Made by a program: the position numbers and the translations under genes. DNA of 64,000 nucleotides, taken from contig OZ024743.1 in NCBI GenBank assembly GCA_964016885.1, forward strand, positions 336,164,001-336,228,000, in the 5' to 3' direction. The notes under the pieces are model-generated. The model did no database searches and was not told the origin of the DNA. It worked only from the letters and a program-made list of their open reading frames with translations. Below, one piece after another: positions 14,537 to 29,470 of the stretch; position 1 is the first letter of the stretch, and each line of letters starts with the position of its first letter. This DNA is from Eledone cirrhosa (taxonomy: Eukaryota).

Positions 14537-14712
14537 GGATTGGCAGTATCGGTAGAGGGTCGGACGCCATGCTTTGACGCATTACGGTCTTTGCCATTCT
14601 GAGTTCAAATCCCGCCGAGGTTAACTTTGCCTTTCATCCTTACGGGGTCGATAAAATAAAGTACCAGTAATGCCCTGGGTAATTGCTGGCCTTGTGCCAA
14701 AAGTAGAAACAG
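14537..14712 (+). mobile_element. tRNA-derived SINE
   Basis: TGGCAGTATCGG A box, GAGTTCAAATCC B box, shared core GCCTTTCATCCTTACGGGGTCGATAAAATAAAGTACCAG; multiple copies in the window. Confidence 0.85.
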
Positions 14713-16194
14713 TTTATATATAATTGCAGACACACCAGGCTGAACACATTTTCCGCACAAACGTTCGGGGGAGAGCCGCACACACCATAATAATAACCAC
14801 CTCTGCCCGTCTCACCATCGCCCATCTCAGTGAATTTAGTTTATTGTATGCATGTAACCATTTGTAAGCCTGTATTTTGTATATCATGCCACATACATCA
14901 CCCCCACCAAAAATCACATCGCCATACAACCCTCATCCTTGCAACATTGTGTTCTATCTGTCCTCTCTGTCAGGTTTTACCTTGCAAACCATAGTAACAT
15001 CTGATCCTGTAAATATAATGTCGATCATACCACACCATCGCCACCACCACCACAGCACACATCGTCATATGTCTACCATCCACACCCGCAACCTTATTCC
15101 CCCATGTTTCCTCTGTCCTCCCTAACCTACAACCCCACGCTAAATTCGACCCTGTAAATATACTGTCGCACACACCACCACCGCCACCACTAGATACATC
15201 CACATACTTCAACAATCATTAACATCATTAACATCATCAACACATATCCCTCACTCCCAGATCGACTGTGTTATATCCGCCCTCTATCTGCCTTACGCTG
15301 TAACCCACAGTAACATCTGATCATGAAATCATGTTGTTGAACATATCACCCCAGAACCACCACCACCTCCATGACCACAACACACATCGCTATACGTCCA
15401 TACACTTTTTTTTTCGCCGCGTTCCCTATGCCACCTTTTAACCTGTAACCCATCGTATCATTCGATCCTGTATATTTTTGTCGCTCACAACTCCACCACC
15501 ACCACAAGACACAACTCCATACCTCAACATCCATTAACTTCATCAACACCGCCAACACATACCTTCCCTCTCGAACCAACGCAAGTGTGTGTCTGTGTGT
15601 AAGCATTTTTTTTATATATATGTGCGTATACATGTATGTATGTATGTATATATATATATATGTATATATATATGTGTGTGTATATATGTATGTATGTATG
15701 TGTGTGTGTGTATGTGTATGTGTATGTTTATGTATACGTGTGTGTACGTGTATGTGTGCATATCCGTATGTGTGTATGTGTGTATGTATGTGTATGTCTA
15801 TATGTACAACACCATCCCCATTGGCTCTCACCTTCCCTATATCTTTGTTCTACGCCACCCCCACCGATACTCCCCCATTCTCTCTATATATATCCACACG
15901 CGCGCATGCGCATACATGTGTGTATATATGCATATAGATATATGTATGTGTGGTTCTATGTGGGCGCGTGTATGTGTGTGTATATGGGTGTGTACGTATG
16001 TATATATATCAGTATATATTCGCATGTATATATGTATACAACGTATTTGTCAGACTAAGATTGTCTAGGTATGTATCTCCCCATGGACTCGACATCACCA
16101 ACACATCCACACACCACCACAAACGCCACTACCATAAACAACAACACCACAACCACACCCCACACACGCCAACCCGTCAACCGACAAGCCACTA

Positions 16195-16465
16195 CCGCCA
16201 CACCACAGCCCATCCCAGTCAGTGACCGTCACCACCATCTTCTCATCATCAATCCACCCCCACATACACTACAGGCCAAAGCCAATACGCCACCACCAAA
16301 CCACAGCCCATCGCAGCCAGCGACCGTCACCAACATCTTATCATCACATCCACCCCCACATACACTACAGGCCAAAGCCAATCGCCACCACCACACTACA
16401 GCCCATCGCAGCCAGCGACCGTCACCAACATCTTATCATCACATCCACCCCCATATACACTACAA
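16195..16465 (+). repeat. ~110-115 bp C/A-rich tandem repeat, just over two copies
   Basis: CACCCCCACATACACTACAGGCCAAAGCCAAT recurs. Confidence 0.75.
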
Positions 16466-16833
16466 GCCAGTGCATCCCTTTGATCCTTCCCACCAATCAC
16501 AACAACTCATATTGTCAAACTCTTGAACTTCTGTCTTTACCACATAGCATGTATTGCATTTTCTTATAGCATTTTAAAGGGTCCGTCGAGCTGCCGATCA
16601 TTCAGTCGGGTAGGATCGATACAGAACGAACCTTGAGCTGATCAGTGGCGAAACGCGCGTCACCTAACAATAAATGTAATGAAGGGGTAACCAATCGTCC
16701 TTGTTATCCTTTCAATATATTACACTCTGTATAGCTCTACATCTCATCACAGAAGTTAACCTAAACATCGAGTACTCGCCCGGGTGAACCTGCAGTAACT
16801 CCAAGTTACACCCCCTGGATATATATGTATATA

Positions 16834-18259
16834 TAATAATGAAATGACAGGAGGCTGGATTTGTGTAAATCCTTGAAAGGTTTATTATACTATGATCATT
16901 TCAATGACCGGGTTCCGTATGAATCCGGTGATATCATCAGGTATTCGAAATATAATAAGTGAATGTAATAGATAAAATCCATGGGGCTGAAAATCAAAGA
17001 CCCGAGGGCGACCGCCATCCAGCATCTTCTACCTTTGCCGGTCGCCCTCGAGTGACGTGGCTAAAGCTTACAGTGTGCTACTACCGGTCAAATAAAGGAA
17101 AATAGAAAGGGATAGGAACATAAGTTAGCGTTAATATCATGCCACAAGAAAAAAGAAAGAAAGAAAGAAAGAAAGAAGAGAGAAGAAGGGGACAGGAAGA
17201 AGAAGAGAAGCCAGGGTTAATGTCAGCTATAAGAAGAAAGACAGAAAGAAAGAGGAGGAAAGGTCGGTATTACAGTCAGGCCAGGAATGTCGCGAAAAAA
17301 TGTTTATTCTATGGGACCCGTATCTTAACAACTACTACCGGTCAAATATAGGCAAACAAAAAGGGGAAGGAAGATAAGTCAGCGGGAGGAAGACAGAAAC
17401 AAGAGAGAAGAGGAGGAAGAAAAAGAAGAAGAAAAGTCAGGGTTGATGGCTACAAGAAGAAAGATAGAAAGAAAGAGGAAGAAAGGTCGATATTAATGTC
17501 AGACTACAGTCAGGCCAGGAATGGCGCGAAAAAAATGTTCAAAGGGACCCGTATCTTAGCAGAGGTAAATATAGTGGGGTCAGTGTGTTATAATGTATGA
17601 GCAGAAGATTGGAACGTTACATTTCTGTTTAGACTTATAGGATGAAGTTAAAAAAATTAATATTTAATATTAACATTATAAAATTAAAGAAATTAGAAAA
17701 TTGAAAGTTAAACAGTTTAACATTTTTAAGGTTGCGAGGTTTAAGCAAAGAAAGAGTCTTTTATGAAGGCACTTAAATTTTATTATAGAGTAAAGATTAT
17801 GTCTTTGTTTAGCCGTCAAACAGCATGCGGCGACCACAAGCTTGGGCAGCCCATCACTCCGAGTGATGTCGCCTAGCGAAAGATATGGAAATCGATTTTT
17901 CCGAGCACTCTAGGAATGTATAACAGGCTTCAGGTGCGCCAGCAGGAAGTCAGCCCTCATCGCTAGGCCATTCTTGTACAAAACCAGTACTATTCCTTTA
18001 GCCAGGAGGGGGGTTTGCTTAAGTCCAGGGAGGCGTGATATATCTAATAGTTCTGATTTGATCTGTAATTTAAAGGTACTATATGGCGGTTAAAATCCAG
18101 CCTCCTGTCATTTCATTATAATATTTAACTCCGTAATAGCACCACCAACTACAAAAACAAAGACGGTTGAACTGCTTTACGTTGAGTACTCTCTATATTA
18201 TTACATTGAGATTGACCATACGGAATTGACCAGCTCTATCCAGTGGTGAACCTCAAACC

Positions 18260-18262
<3 letters not shown>
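16834..18262 (-). mobile_element. PLE-type cassette with long minus arm and short inverted arm plus tail
   Basis: ATAATGAAATGACAGGAGGCTGGATTT (16836) inverted at ~18093-18119; tail to 18262; internal ~250 bp duplication at 17080-17560. Confidence 0.75.
16887..16944 (-). ncRNA. Type I hammerhead ribozyme
   Basis: Minus strand ATAC-CTGATGA-(ACCGG..CCGGT hairpin)-GAAA-tgatca-TA-GTAT-AATAAA. Confidence 0.75.
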
Positions 18263-18350
<88 letters not shown>

Positions 18351-18351
<1 letters not shown>

Positions 18352-18986
18352 CGTGTTTTGCAACGGGTCACATTGTGGCTCAATGAAAAGTTAATAAATT
18401 AAATAATCAGAGCTATATATCATAAAACATGTCTATAGAATCACCAGATAAAATATATACCATTTCCTCTCCCAATTAGCATAATCAACTATATAAAAAA
18501 TCGAATAGACTAGGCTATAAGAATAAGGCTTCTATGAAGAAATCCCCAACAAATACCCGAAACTAGCCCTTCGCGTCGGCTGCGACGGAATATTTATTGA
18601 ATATTTCGACAGTGTAATCGCCCAGATAAATACAGTTAATTAAACAGAATTAGGTGTAAAATAAACTAGGAGAAAAGAGAATACATTTATTATTATAAAT
18701 GTATTCTCATTTATAATAATAAATGTATTCTCTTTTCTCCTAGTTTATTTTACACCTAATTCTGTTTAATTAACTGTATTTATCTGGGCGATTACACTGT
18801 CGAAATATTCAATAAATATTCCGTCGCAGCCGACGCGAAGGGCTAGTTTCGGGTATTTGTTGGGGATTTCTTCATAGAAGCCTTATTCTTATAGCCTAGT
18901 CTATTCGATTTTTTATATAGTTGATTATGCTAATTGGGAGAGGAAATGGTATATATTTTATCTGGTGATTCTATAGACATGTTTTA

Positions 18987-18988
<2 letters not shown>
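18351..18988. mobile_element. Fold-back cassette with 281 bp arms and tail
   Basis: Arms 18421-18701 and 18708-18988, spacer TATTCT; tail 18351-18413; (TA)n flanks. Confidence 0.9.
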
Positions 18989-19019
<31 letters not shown>

Positions 19020-19022
<3 letters not shown>

Positions 19023-20019
19023 TTCTGCTCCTTCCACCCCTCCCTCCACTTCACCACCTCTATCTCCACCACCCACGTCCACTTCTTAGACATCTCCGTC
19101 GCCTTCGACCCCTCCCACCACTCCCACGTCACCTCCGCCTTCTTCAAACCCACCGTCTCCCACTCCTACCTCGATTCACCTCTTCCCACTCTACACACAC
19201 TAAACACTCTATTCCCTACTCCCAACTACTCAGGATCCGCCGCCTCTGTAGCCGAGATGCTGACTTTGAGTCCCCGGCCCATTCCCTAGTCAGCCATTTC
19301 ATCCGCAGAGGTTACCCCCTCCCTCTCTCGTCCACACCGCTTTCACCCGCGCCCGTGCTGTCCACCGCTCCACCACCCTCACCCCACGCCATCGCACACC
19401 CATCCACCGTCTCCCCTTCCCCATCACCTACCACCCCTCCACCATACCTCTCCACCGCACCATCCTCAGCCTCTTCCGACGCCTCCAGTCCGACCCCTCC
19501 AACCCCCACATCTTCCCAGCCCCACCACTCCCCTCCTTCAAATGCGCACGCAATCTCCGCACCCTCCTCGTCCACAGCTCCCTACCCTCCAACCCCCCCC
19601 CCGGTTCCCTTCCCTGTTCCAGGCCCCGTTGCAACACGTGTCCCCATATCACCAACACCACCACCTTCCAGGGTCCCAACGGCCACTCTCTCTCTGTGCG
19701 GCAAGCCTTCCGCTGCACCTCCTCCAACCTAGTCTACGGACTTCGCTGCACGGAGTGCAGCGCAACCTACGTCGGACAGGCTGGACGTCGCCTGGCGGAC
19801 CGGTTTACCGAACACCTCCGAGATATTCGTCTCGGTGGTAGTTCCCCCATAGCCGGCCACTTTGGTGCCCCTGGACATTCCGCGCACCACCTCACAGTCT
19901 GTGGCCTACTCCAATGCCACGGAACACCCGCCACTCTCCTCAGGGTCGAACAACGAACCATATTCACCCTACAGATCGACACTCCCCACGGCCTGAACTC
20001 CCCACCCTTATTCCTTTAG
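19020..20019 (+). pseudogene. 5'-truncated Penelope-like ORF (RT thumb, Cys linker, GIY-YIG endonuclease)
   Basis: KHSIPYSQLLRIRRLCS..HFIRRGYP; CSRPRCNTC; CTSSNLVYGLRCTECSATYVGQAGRRLADRFTEH..HF..EQRTIFTLQIDTPHGLN. Confidence 0.9.
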
Positions 20020-21496
20020 CCTTCGACCGTCCCCCTACCCCCACACATATCCCCCACTAACACCACTAACACACCCCTTCTTTTCACCGCCCACCTCATA
20101 ACTAATAATACAAACACCTCCACCCCACACCCGACCACCCTTCCCCAACTAACATACTAACATCCCTCCCTTATCCTTCCCCACCCCTCCCCTTATCACA
20201 CGCACACACCCACCGGTACATATATACACGCGCTCACACTAAACACACACCCTACTACCACCACTAACCCTCACCTCCACACATCCACCCCACCACCCCG
20301 CAACTAACATCACTAACACCCCCCGACCCCACGCACACGAACACACACACCCACTTACATACCCACTCTACACGCAACTAGCATCACTAACACCCCCCAA
20401 CCCTACGCACACGAACACACACACCCACTTACACCACCCACTCTACACACCCTACCACCATGACCCCCACTCACACCCACATTCAACGCTTTCCCCACCA
20501 CCAGTATACTAACACCCATTAACACGCCCTTCACCACACACACACTCATCCAAACACGCACACACACCAGTACACTACACTCCCTCCACCGGTCCCCACA
20601 CCCTCTCTCCCCTCTCCACCCACACCCTTTCTCACACACACACATATCCCACTAACAACTCTACTAATAAACACACACCCCCACCTCACTCCAACTTTCA
20701 CACCTACCCATCTTCTCCCCTGTCCACCGCACCTCCGCACACACTAACACACCGACTTTGTCCACTTACCATTCTCCCCGACTGCTGCTATGCCCTTATC
20801 TCTGACCACCTCCCCGCACACACAGGGACACAACCCTCCTCCTGCCTTGACCCTCTGACCACTTCCTATTGCGCGCGCACCCCACATCTCCCCTCTTCCG
20901 ACCAACCCAACCACGGATTACACATATTGGACATCGATCCCTAGAATCAACCACATCCCACATCCTCTACGGAATTACCTTAACGACTCACCCACTGACA
21001 TACACTCAAAAAAAATTTTTTCCGACACGCCACCTACATCCACAACACGCATAAACACCACACACACGTGCGCACCACCACATATTTACACACTGAGCCT
21101 CCGGAATCCTCTCCCCCACCCCCTCTGACCCCTCCCCATCCACACACGCACACACACACCGACCTACACCCCACCCCACACACACCTCTTCTTGAACATG
21201 CAATCCGTTCTTCCCCCAACTCTTACTTTCACATACACACACATACACACACGTACACCTACACACACACACCACCTTCAGCCCTCCCGCTCGGACACCC
21301 CGCCTCCCTCTCCCCACTCCACCCACCACCACCCCTACACGCCCCACATCCTTCCACCACCTGTTTTACTTCATGTTTATTTTTATTATACTTTTATATT
21401 TAATTTCATTTATACCGTTTCCTCTCACCCCCTTTTTTCTATATGTCTCTCCACCACTCCCCTACACACCCTTGGAACTCTCTTCCCGCGCACTTT

Positions 21497-21532
21497 TCAC
21501 CTGAAGAAGGGCTTATGCCCGCAACGTCGTTC
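21497..21532 (+). ncRNA. Minimal PLE hammerhead at the end of the 19.0-21.6 kb element (A13 mutated)
   Basis: TCAC-CTGAAGA-AGGGC-ttat-GCCC-GcAAC-GTC-GT; AATAAA at ~21568; ends in (TA)n. Confidence 0.7.
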
Positions 21533-21634
21533 CCCACCACCACCCCACTCTCAAGAGCGTGAAACTAATAAACCTTTGTTCGTATGCCTCTCTGTTTTGT
21601 TCCCGTTCAATTTTTTACTATATATATATATATA

Positions 21635-22060
<426 letters not shown>

Positions 22061-22585
22061 TGAGATACAAAATAATATTCGTAAGCAACGATGTAGTCTG
22101 CATAAAGTACTAATAAATCATATTAAACCAGAAACGATAGAATAAACAAACCCATTGAATATCAAACATAACAATAAATATGGAATATTTTATAACATAG
22201 AAAGCTAAGCTTTCTATGTTATAAAATACATTTACGTATGTGTTATAAGTATATTCTTAAATCAGTTGTTCAATATACATTATTATTTTACTGTTTTAAC
22301 GTTGTATCTACACAATAGATTTAATTAAAATGTATGATGTGTTTTGTTGTTTTGGTTGTAGTTTTTCCTTGTTAGTTACGAAGACTACCATTTGGTACGA
22401 AAGGTTATACTATCTGTATTGATTTTTAAAGTAAATTACGAAATGATAGCGAAACAAAGAAATCAAAAATTGTACTGAGAAATATAGAAATGTTAAAGAG
22501 AATGCTATATACACTGCTAATGTCTTCTGTATGTGCATGAATTTTAAAGTGGTAAACCAACCAACAAGACTGCAGATATACATAC

Positions 22586-22620
<35 letters not shown>

Positions 22621-22660
22621 TTGTATATATATATATATATATATATGTGTGTATATATAT

Positions 22661-22745
<85 letters not shown>

Positions 22746-22746
22746 T

Positions 22747-22832
<86 letters not shown>

Positions 22833-22936
22833 TATTGAAGTTTCCGTTGAAAATTGAAAAAGTCATAGGAGTGAAGAGTGCTCTTTGTAAGTTACAGAGC
22901 TAAATTTAATGTATAATAAACAATACAATATAATTA

Positions 22937-23004
22937 CCTCATTACCAGAGGTTTCCAGAATAAGACGAATACAAGAAACGTCCTCATTCGTTCGTCAGAC
23001 AAGG
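22937..23004 (-). ncRNA. Type I hammerhead ribozyme
   Basis: Minus strand CCTTGT-CTGACGA-(ACGAAT..ATTCGT)..GAAAC-ctctg-GTA-ATGAGG. Confidence 0.65.
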
Positions 23005-23524
23005 CAATTTAAAACAGTGAAATATTTGAAAAATCTCCTCAAGAAAGGCAAAAGTTTAACGGGAAAAAAAATATATATATATAAATAAAAGTAATGCAAG
23101 AGATATATAATAATAAAATAAGGAAATATAGTAAGGGTATGTATATAAATGTGTGTATATGCACCTACAAATGTACATATGTGTGTATGTACAAATGCAT
23201 GTGTATAGTGAAAAAATGTGTGCGTAAGTACATACATGAGGGCAAGCATATCAATGTATGTGTGACCACAAATACGTATATATTATATGTTGAAAAAATA
23301 AATTGTAAGATAATAGAGTTAACGTACATACACACACAAGTATGAAAGCACGCGTATAAACACACACACACACACGGGCGCAACCACATACATGCAAGTG
23401 ATATATACAGGGAAGGGAGTGTATCAGTCAAAGCAGTGTCAGGCTGAAGGTCGATAAATATATAAAAAATATATGAGAATATATATATATATATGTATAT
23501 ATATATACATATATGCATATAAAT

Positions 23525-23812
23525 ATACGAGACTCATTTACCTGTTCCAGCCATCCTGCTGAGGCCATGCTGAGGCCATGCTGGGGCAGCGCCCGTGTTG
23601 CTGCACGTTCTATATCTGACCTGTGTTGGTTGGCCATTGCTTTAAGAGGGAGTTCATTGCTGCTACCCTTAGGTTACCTTCGTTCCGTGCGGTGGGTTCA
23701 TCTGGGATCCTGGAATACAGAGTGTCAAGATGTTTCTTGTAAACATCCACGTCTACATCATGTAGATTTTTCCATTTTCTTGGCAGCTTATTAAAGAGCT
23801 GAGAACATTTGA

Positions 23813-23817
<5 letters not shown>
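23525..23817 (-). mobile_element. CR1-like LINE 3' fragment
   Basis: [43 protein letters not shown] resembles the CR1 ORF2 C-terminus. Confidence 0.7.
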
Positions 23818-23889
<72 letters not shown>

Positions 23890-23894
23890 ATATG

Positions 23895-23925
<31 letters not shown>

Positions 23926-23932
23926 GTATATG

Positions 23933-24042
<110 letters not shown>

Positions 24043-24139
24043 TATATAATATATAATATATATATATATATAATATTTATATATATATCCATTCTACCGT
24101 GGAAGAACGGACGTAAAACGGCGATGATGATGATGATGA

Positions 24140-24783
<644 letters not shown>

Positions 24784-24994
24784 CACGTAGTTAATACCTA
24801 ACAGGTTTAAATGACCAGCGTGTATATTGTTTTATTTTAAGATGACCTCTCTTTACCCTTTTGGGGACAGCGTGTATTTTGTCTTTGGGAGGACTGCTGG
24901 ATTTTCTAATCTACCAGTCTCTTCTTAGCGCTGAGGGAGACCATCCCCATTCTATTAATGTCGATATAATTCTTATATCGATATTATTTAGGCA

Positions 24995-25118
24995 TCCACT
25001 GATGAGTTTATAAGTGCCTGCTTGTGTATAAAACTATGGATTATATACAAGTTTCTACATAACCTGGAAATTATTTATCCCAAATTGTAGAAATCTTATA
25101 ACGAAACGGCCGTCTGGA
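24995..25118 (+). ncRNA. Type I hammerhead ribozyme with ~97 nt helix II region
   Basis: TCCA-CTGATGA-GTTTATAAG...CTTATAAC-GAAAC-ggcc-GTC-TGGA. Confidence 0.85.
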
Positions 25119-25542
25119 AGGAAAGAGATATTTATTTAATAATGTCTCATATAAAATAATACAACCAGCTATCCACGAAATACTGATTAGTTAACACCCC
25201 AAACACTAAATTGGGATAATACTTAGGTATATCCTAATGTTGTTGAGTGAGATAGAGTTGGTCGGAGTATCACTTAAGGCTTTCTCTGTTTATGTATATA
25301 GGAATTTATTGGACATATTACAATTGTTTCTCGGGCGACCAGCTCGAGAAACAATTGTAATATGTCCAATAAATTCCTTTCGTCGCAACACTGATTCTCT
25401 TTTTTCTGTGATATCATACTCTGCTCTACGAGGGCATCGAGTGCTCATATGGCCTACCGCATATGGACGCTTTAAGCATCCAACACTGATTACATACATA
25501 TATATATATACACACACACACATATATATGTATATATATAAA

Positions 25543-25735
25543 TTAATAAAAACAATGAAATAAAAACAAAGAACAAGTTCCTTATATTAAAAGAAATCAT
25601 CATTTTACGATCGTTTATGGGCTGTATATGTGTGTTGGTATGTATATCATATAGATCTATGTAAAAATATTACAAATTATCAGAGGAAATATACATACCT
25701 TCACATATACATGCCGTCCCCAGAAATTATAATGA
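25543..25735 (-). mobile_element. Diverged paralog of the 32.0-32.2 kb pLTR with decayed hammerhead
   Basis: Shares GTTCCTTATATTAAA..ACGATCGTTT with 29086-29131; core reads CTGGGGA..TAAAC-gatc-GTA. Confidence 0.65.
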
Positions 25736-25914
25736 TGACCTAACTGACATACTGAGAAGTTTTATTTAAATGTTTCCAGTAAAACACGGCTTTCTGAAAT
25801 GGTCTGTTGATCTTATACATGAAACTATATACGTGTGTATAGTTATATGTATTTGAAATCTAGTCTGTCCATCGTAAATGTCTATAGCAATAAAGGTTTC
25901 TGATTTAGGCACAC

Positions 25915-26085
25915 AGCCAGCAATTTTGAGGAGGAGAAAGTGGATTAAATAGACCCCAGTGCGAGACTGGTACTTTATTTTATCGATCCCGTAAGGATGA
26001 ATGGAAAAGCTCACGTCGTCGGTATTCGAACTCAGAACATAAAGGGCCGTAACTCTATACTGCAAGCATGTTGTCCGCCTCTCCA
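25915..26085 (-). mobile_element. tRNA-derived SINE (same family as 14537)
   Basis: CTGGTACTTTATTTTATCGATCCCGTAAGGATGAA and TTCGAACTCAGAAC are reverse complements of the core and B box. Confidence 0.8.
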
Positions 26086-26133
26086 AATAACAGTCGATGG
26101 CTATGAATAATAGTTGATAACATGCAGTAAATT

Positions 26134-26204
26134 ACACCTGACGACGGAAGTTATCGGAAAATGATAGAGTATTGTTCTGCTGAGGAACGGGAAAACGCTT
26201 GTGT
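26134..26204 (+). ncRNA. Probable decayed hammerhead
   Basis: ACAC-CTGACGA...GAAA-acgc-TT-GTGT; helix II ambiguous. Confidence 0.45.
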
Positions 26205-26696
26205 TACATAAGATTCCAAACAAATGAAACTAGTGTAGGTGTATGTGTGTGTGGGGGGGGGGGAGTCTATGCATGGGTGTTTATGCGTGTGTGGGAATGT
26301 GTGTGTGTGTATGTGTGTATGTGTGTGTGTGTGTGCATGTGTGTGACTGTGTGCGAGTGTGTGTATGCGTATGTGTGTGTGTGTCAGAGTGTGTGTATGT
26401 ATGTGAGTGTTGTGCGTGAGTGTGTGTTGGTTTGTGTGCGTGTGATTGTGTGCGAGTGTGTTTGTGTTAGTGTGTGTGAATGTGCGTGTGAGTATGTGTG
26501 AGTGTTTGTGTGTGTATAACTATGTTCAAGCTCAATATGATTCAACCATCAGTAATTAGAAAGAACAGATTCACCCAAGGTATAATCTAAATGGACGCGA
26601 AGGTTAAATCTTTGTGTAAACAGATGTATGAGTGTTAAAACATAAAACATAATAATAATGTCAGCAATTCGGAAGGAATTTAATACACTTTTGTTA

Positions 26697-26858
26697 ATCT
26701 TACGTGCATTTCAACAAACGAAATGCAAAGATTATAGTTAATGGAATATTTTCAATTAAGCTGCATTCCGGTATATAGTAGTAAATCTATATAAGAGGAT
26801 CCAAGCATAAAACTCAAAACCTACCATAATATATATTTACTACATCTCATTCAGAGAT
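26697..26858 (-). ncRNA. Possible hammerhead with a core insertion and long helix II
   Basis: Minus strand ATCT-CTGAATGA...GAAA-tgcacg-TA-AGAT. Confidence 0.4.
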
Positions 26859-27318
26859 ATCTTAACATACACATACATTTTATGTAAGTATATGAATTTA
26901 AATCCACATGTCCCACACAGATTTAGAACGAAATTTGAGAGAGAAAAAGAGACGTAGGACGAGATAAGAAGAGAAAGATAAAGCTTAAGAGAAGGAGAAG
27001 GAGAGAAAGAGATGAATTGAGAAAGTTTAAAAAGAGATTAAAAGAGAAAATCACAATATTCTATTTTTTAGTTTACAAAATGCTCAGGATCTATTTTAGA
27101 ACAATCGTCATCCATGGTTTCATTCCGCCTCCAAAACAACTTTCAATTTTCTCTATCTTTTTTCTTTAACAGTTCTCCTTTTCCTTCTAGAGTAGTTAAG
27201 ATTCCAGATATTTTTTTTTTTGCTAAAGGATTACTTCAGAACGTATCTGGATCTGTCTCAAATTTTCGTTTTTCGTTGTGAAATCGATAGTATTTGAGGT
27301 AGTGACAGGCGTATCATG

Positions 27319-27687
<369 letters not shown>

Positions 27688-27811
27688 AGGAGGTCAGTGT
27701 TATTGTAGTACAATAAAGCAATGCAGATATCGGATAGGAAGCACTCTACAGTTTGTAGGACTGGAGTATACATAATATATAAGATCAAAAGATGGTTAAA
27801 TGAGTTCCATG

Positions 27812-27882
27812 TATTTTACTATGCGCATTTCAAAAACAAATATCATCATGCAATAACATTTGTGTTTTCATCAGATAAAATA
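27812..27882 (-). ncRNA. Type I hammerhead ribozyme
   Basis: Minus strand TATTTTAT-CTGATGA-AAACACAAAT..ATTTGTTTTT-GAAA-tgcgca-TA-GTAAAATA. Confidence 0.8.
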
Positions 27883-28226
27883 GGACATGATATGAAGGTT
27901 AAAAACACTTGTGGATAGTGCAGTTTTAAATCAACATATGAAAAGTAGTTTTAGATTGATGTGTGATATTGGGGAAAACATTTTTTTTAGGGGGGTGGGG
28001 TGGAAAGGATGAAAAAGAGGAGAAGATGAGAGTAAAAAGTGGAGGGGGAGGAGTATAATGAGGAAGGATGAGATAGGAGGAGAGAGAGAGATAGCTTTTA
28101 TAACTGAGAAAAATATATTGTTTTACATAGAGAGGTTGAAAAACCGTTGGAAGATAATGTATAAATTAAAAGAATTTGAAAATTAACGAAGAGAAAAATA
28201 ATGTAAAGTTAAGGTTTGTATATTGA

Positions 28227-28395
28227 AGGGTTTAATAATATGTGCGATGAAAAGAAATTGTTAATATGTATTAAGAATAATATTTAAGGGTTTAATAATA
28301 TGTGCGATGGAAAGAAAATGTTAATATGTATTAAGAATAATTTTAAGGGTTTAATAATATGTGCGATGGAAAGAAAATGTTGATATGTATTATTA
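28227..28395 (+). repeat. ~59 bp tandem repeat, about three copies
   Basis: AAGGGTTTAATAATATGTGCGATG recurs three times. Confidence 0.85.
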
Positions 28396-28474
28396 AAAAA
28401 AACACAGAAGTAATGTAAGTAAGGATATATTGTGAGATGTGCATTTATCATATACTCCCCTCCATTTATCTCTC

Positions 28475-28559
<85 letters not shown>

Positions 28560-28708
28560 CAACGATAATGATACACGATGTGTGCTTATATATATATTTA
28601 TTTCTATAATATATGCATACATATATACATATGTACGTACGTGGAATACATACAACATACCCACACACACATAGGTATATGCGTTTACACACACACACAG
28701 AAACACAC

Positions 28709-28789
<81 letters not shown>

Positions 28790-28829
28790 ATATATATATT
28801 CATACGTACGTATATATATATATATACAC

Positions 28830-28916
<87 letters not shown>

Positions 28917-29199
28917 GATAAATCTACAAAAAGTTTACGGTAGTGTCCAATCCGTATGAAGAACTCAATGTAATCCGGATATCATGGAAAGAAGAGATGC
29001 ATTCAAAAATCACTTTCGGTGAAAGATAAACGCAATACAGAGTCAAGATAAAATATTTAAAAAATAATGAATAAAACAATGAAACAGTTCCTTATATTAA
29101 ACAAAAAAAGTTCATTATTTAACGATCGTTTCTAGGACATATATGTGTTAGAATTGGCATGCATATTCAACAGATCTATGTACAAAATTTTTTTTGTAC

Positions 29200-29470
29200 A
29201 TTTTTTAAAAATGCCGCACTGGCTAATACAACATCTCTAGCAGAAAAAATTAATAGTTATAGAAATAAGAATATAGAATATGATATGACCTGGAGTGTGC
29301 TCAAAAGAGCCACCCCTTATCAAAATAATAGAAATGAATGTAGATTGTGTTCCCAAGAACTATTTGAAATAATGAAATCTAAGGATATCCTATTAAATAA
29401 GCGACAGGAATTAATTATATCGTGTAATTATAAACTGAGAAAAACATTTAAATATTATAAACCTAATTAA
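29200..29470 (+). pseudogene. Penelope-like GIY-YIG C-terminal fragment
   Basis: TSLAEKI..KNIEYDMTWSVLKRATPY..ECRLCSQELFEI..LLNKRQEL..C. Confidence 0.8.

Noticed and set aside
16630-16675. GAAAC-gcgc-GTC followed by AATAAA
   Set aside because: It is probably a ribozyme 3' half, but the CUGANGA box and helix I are not recognisable, so it was not called.
18351-18988. Fold-backs as ordinary MITEs or pure assembly artefacts
   Set aside because: Asymmetric tails, variable axes, termini shared between paralogs, arm divergence in older copies and a nested Helitron argue against both, though individual perfect palindromes still need read support.
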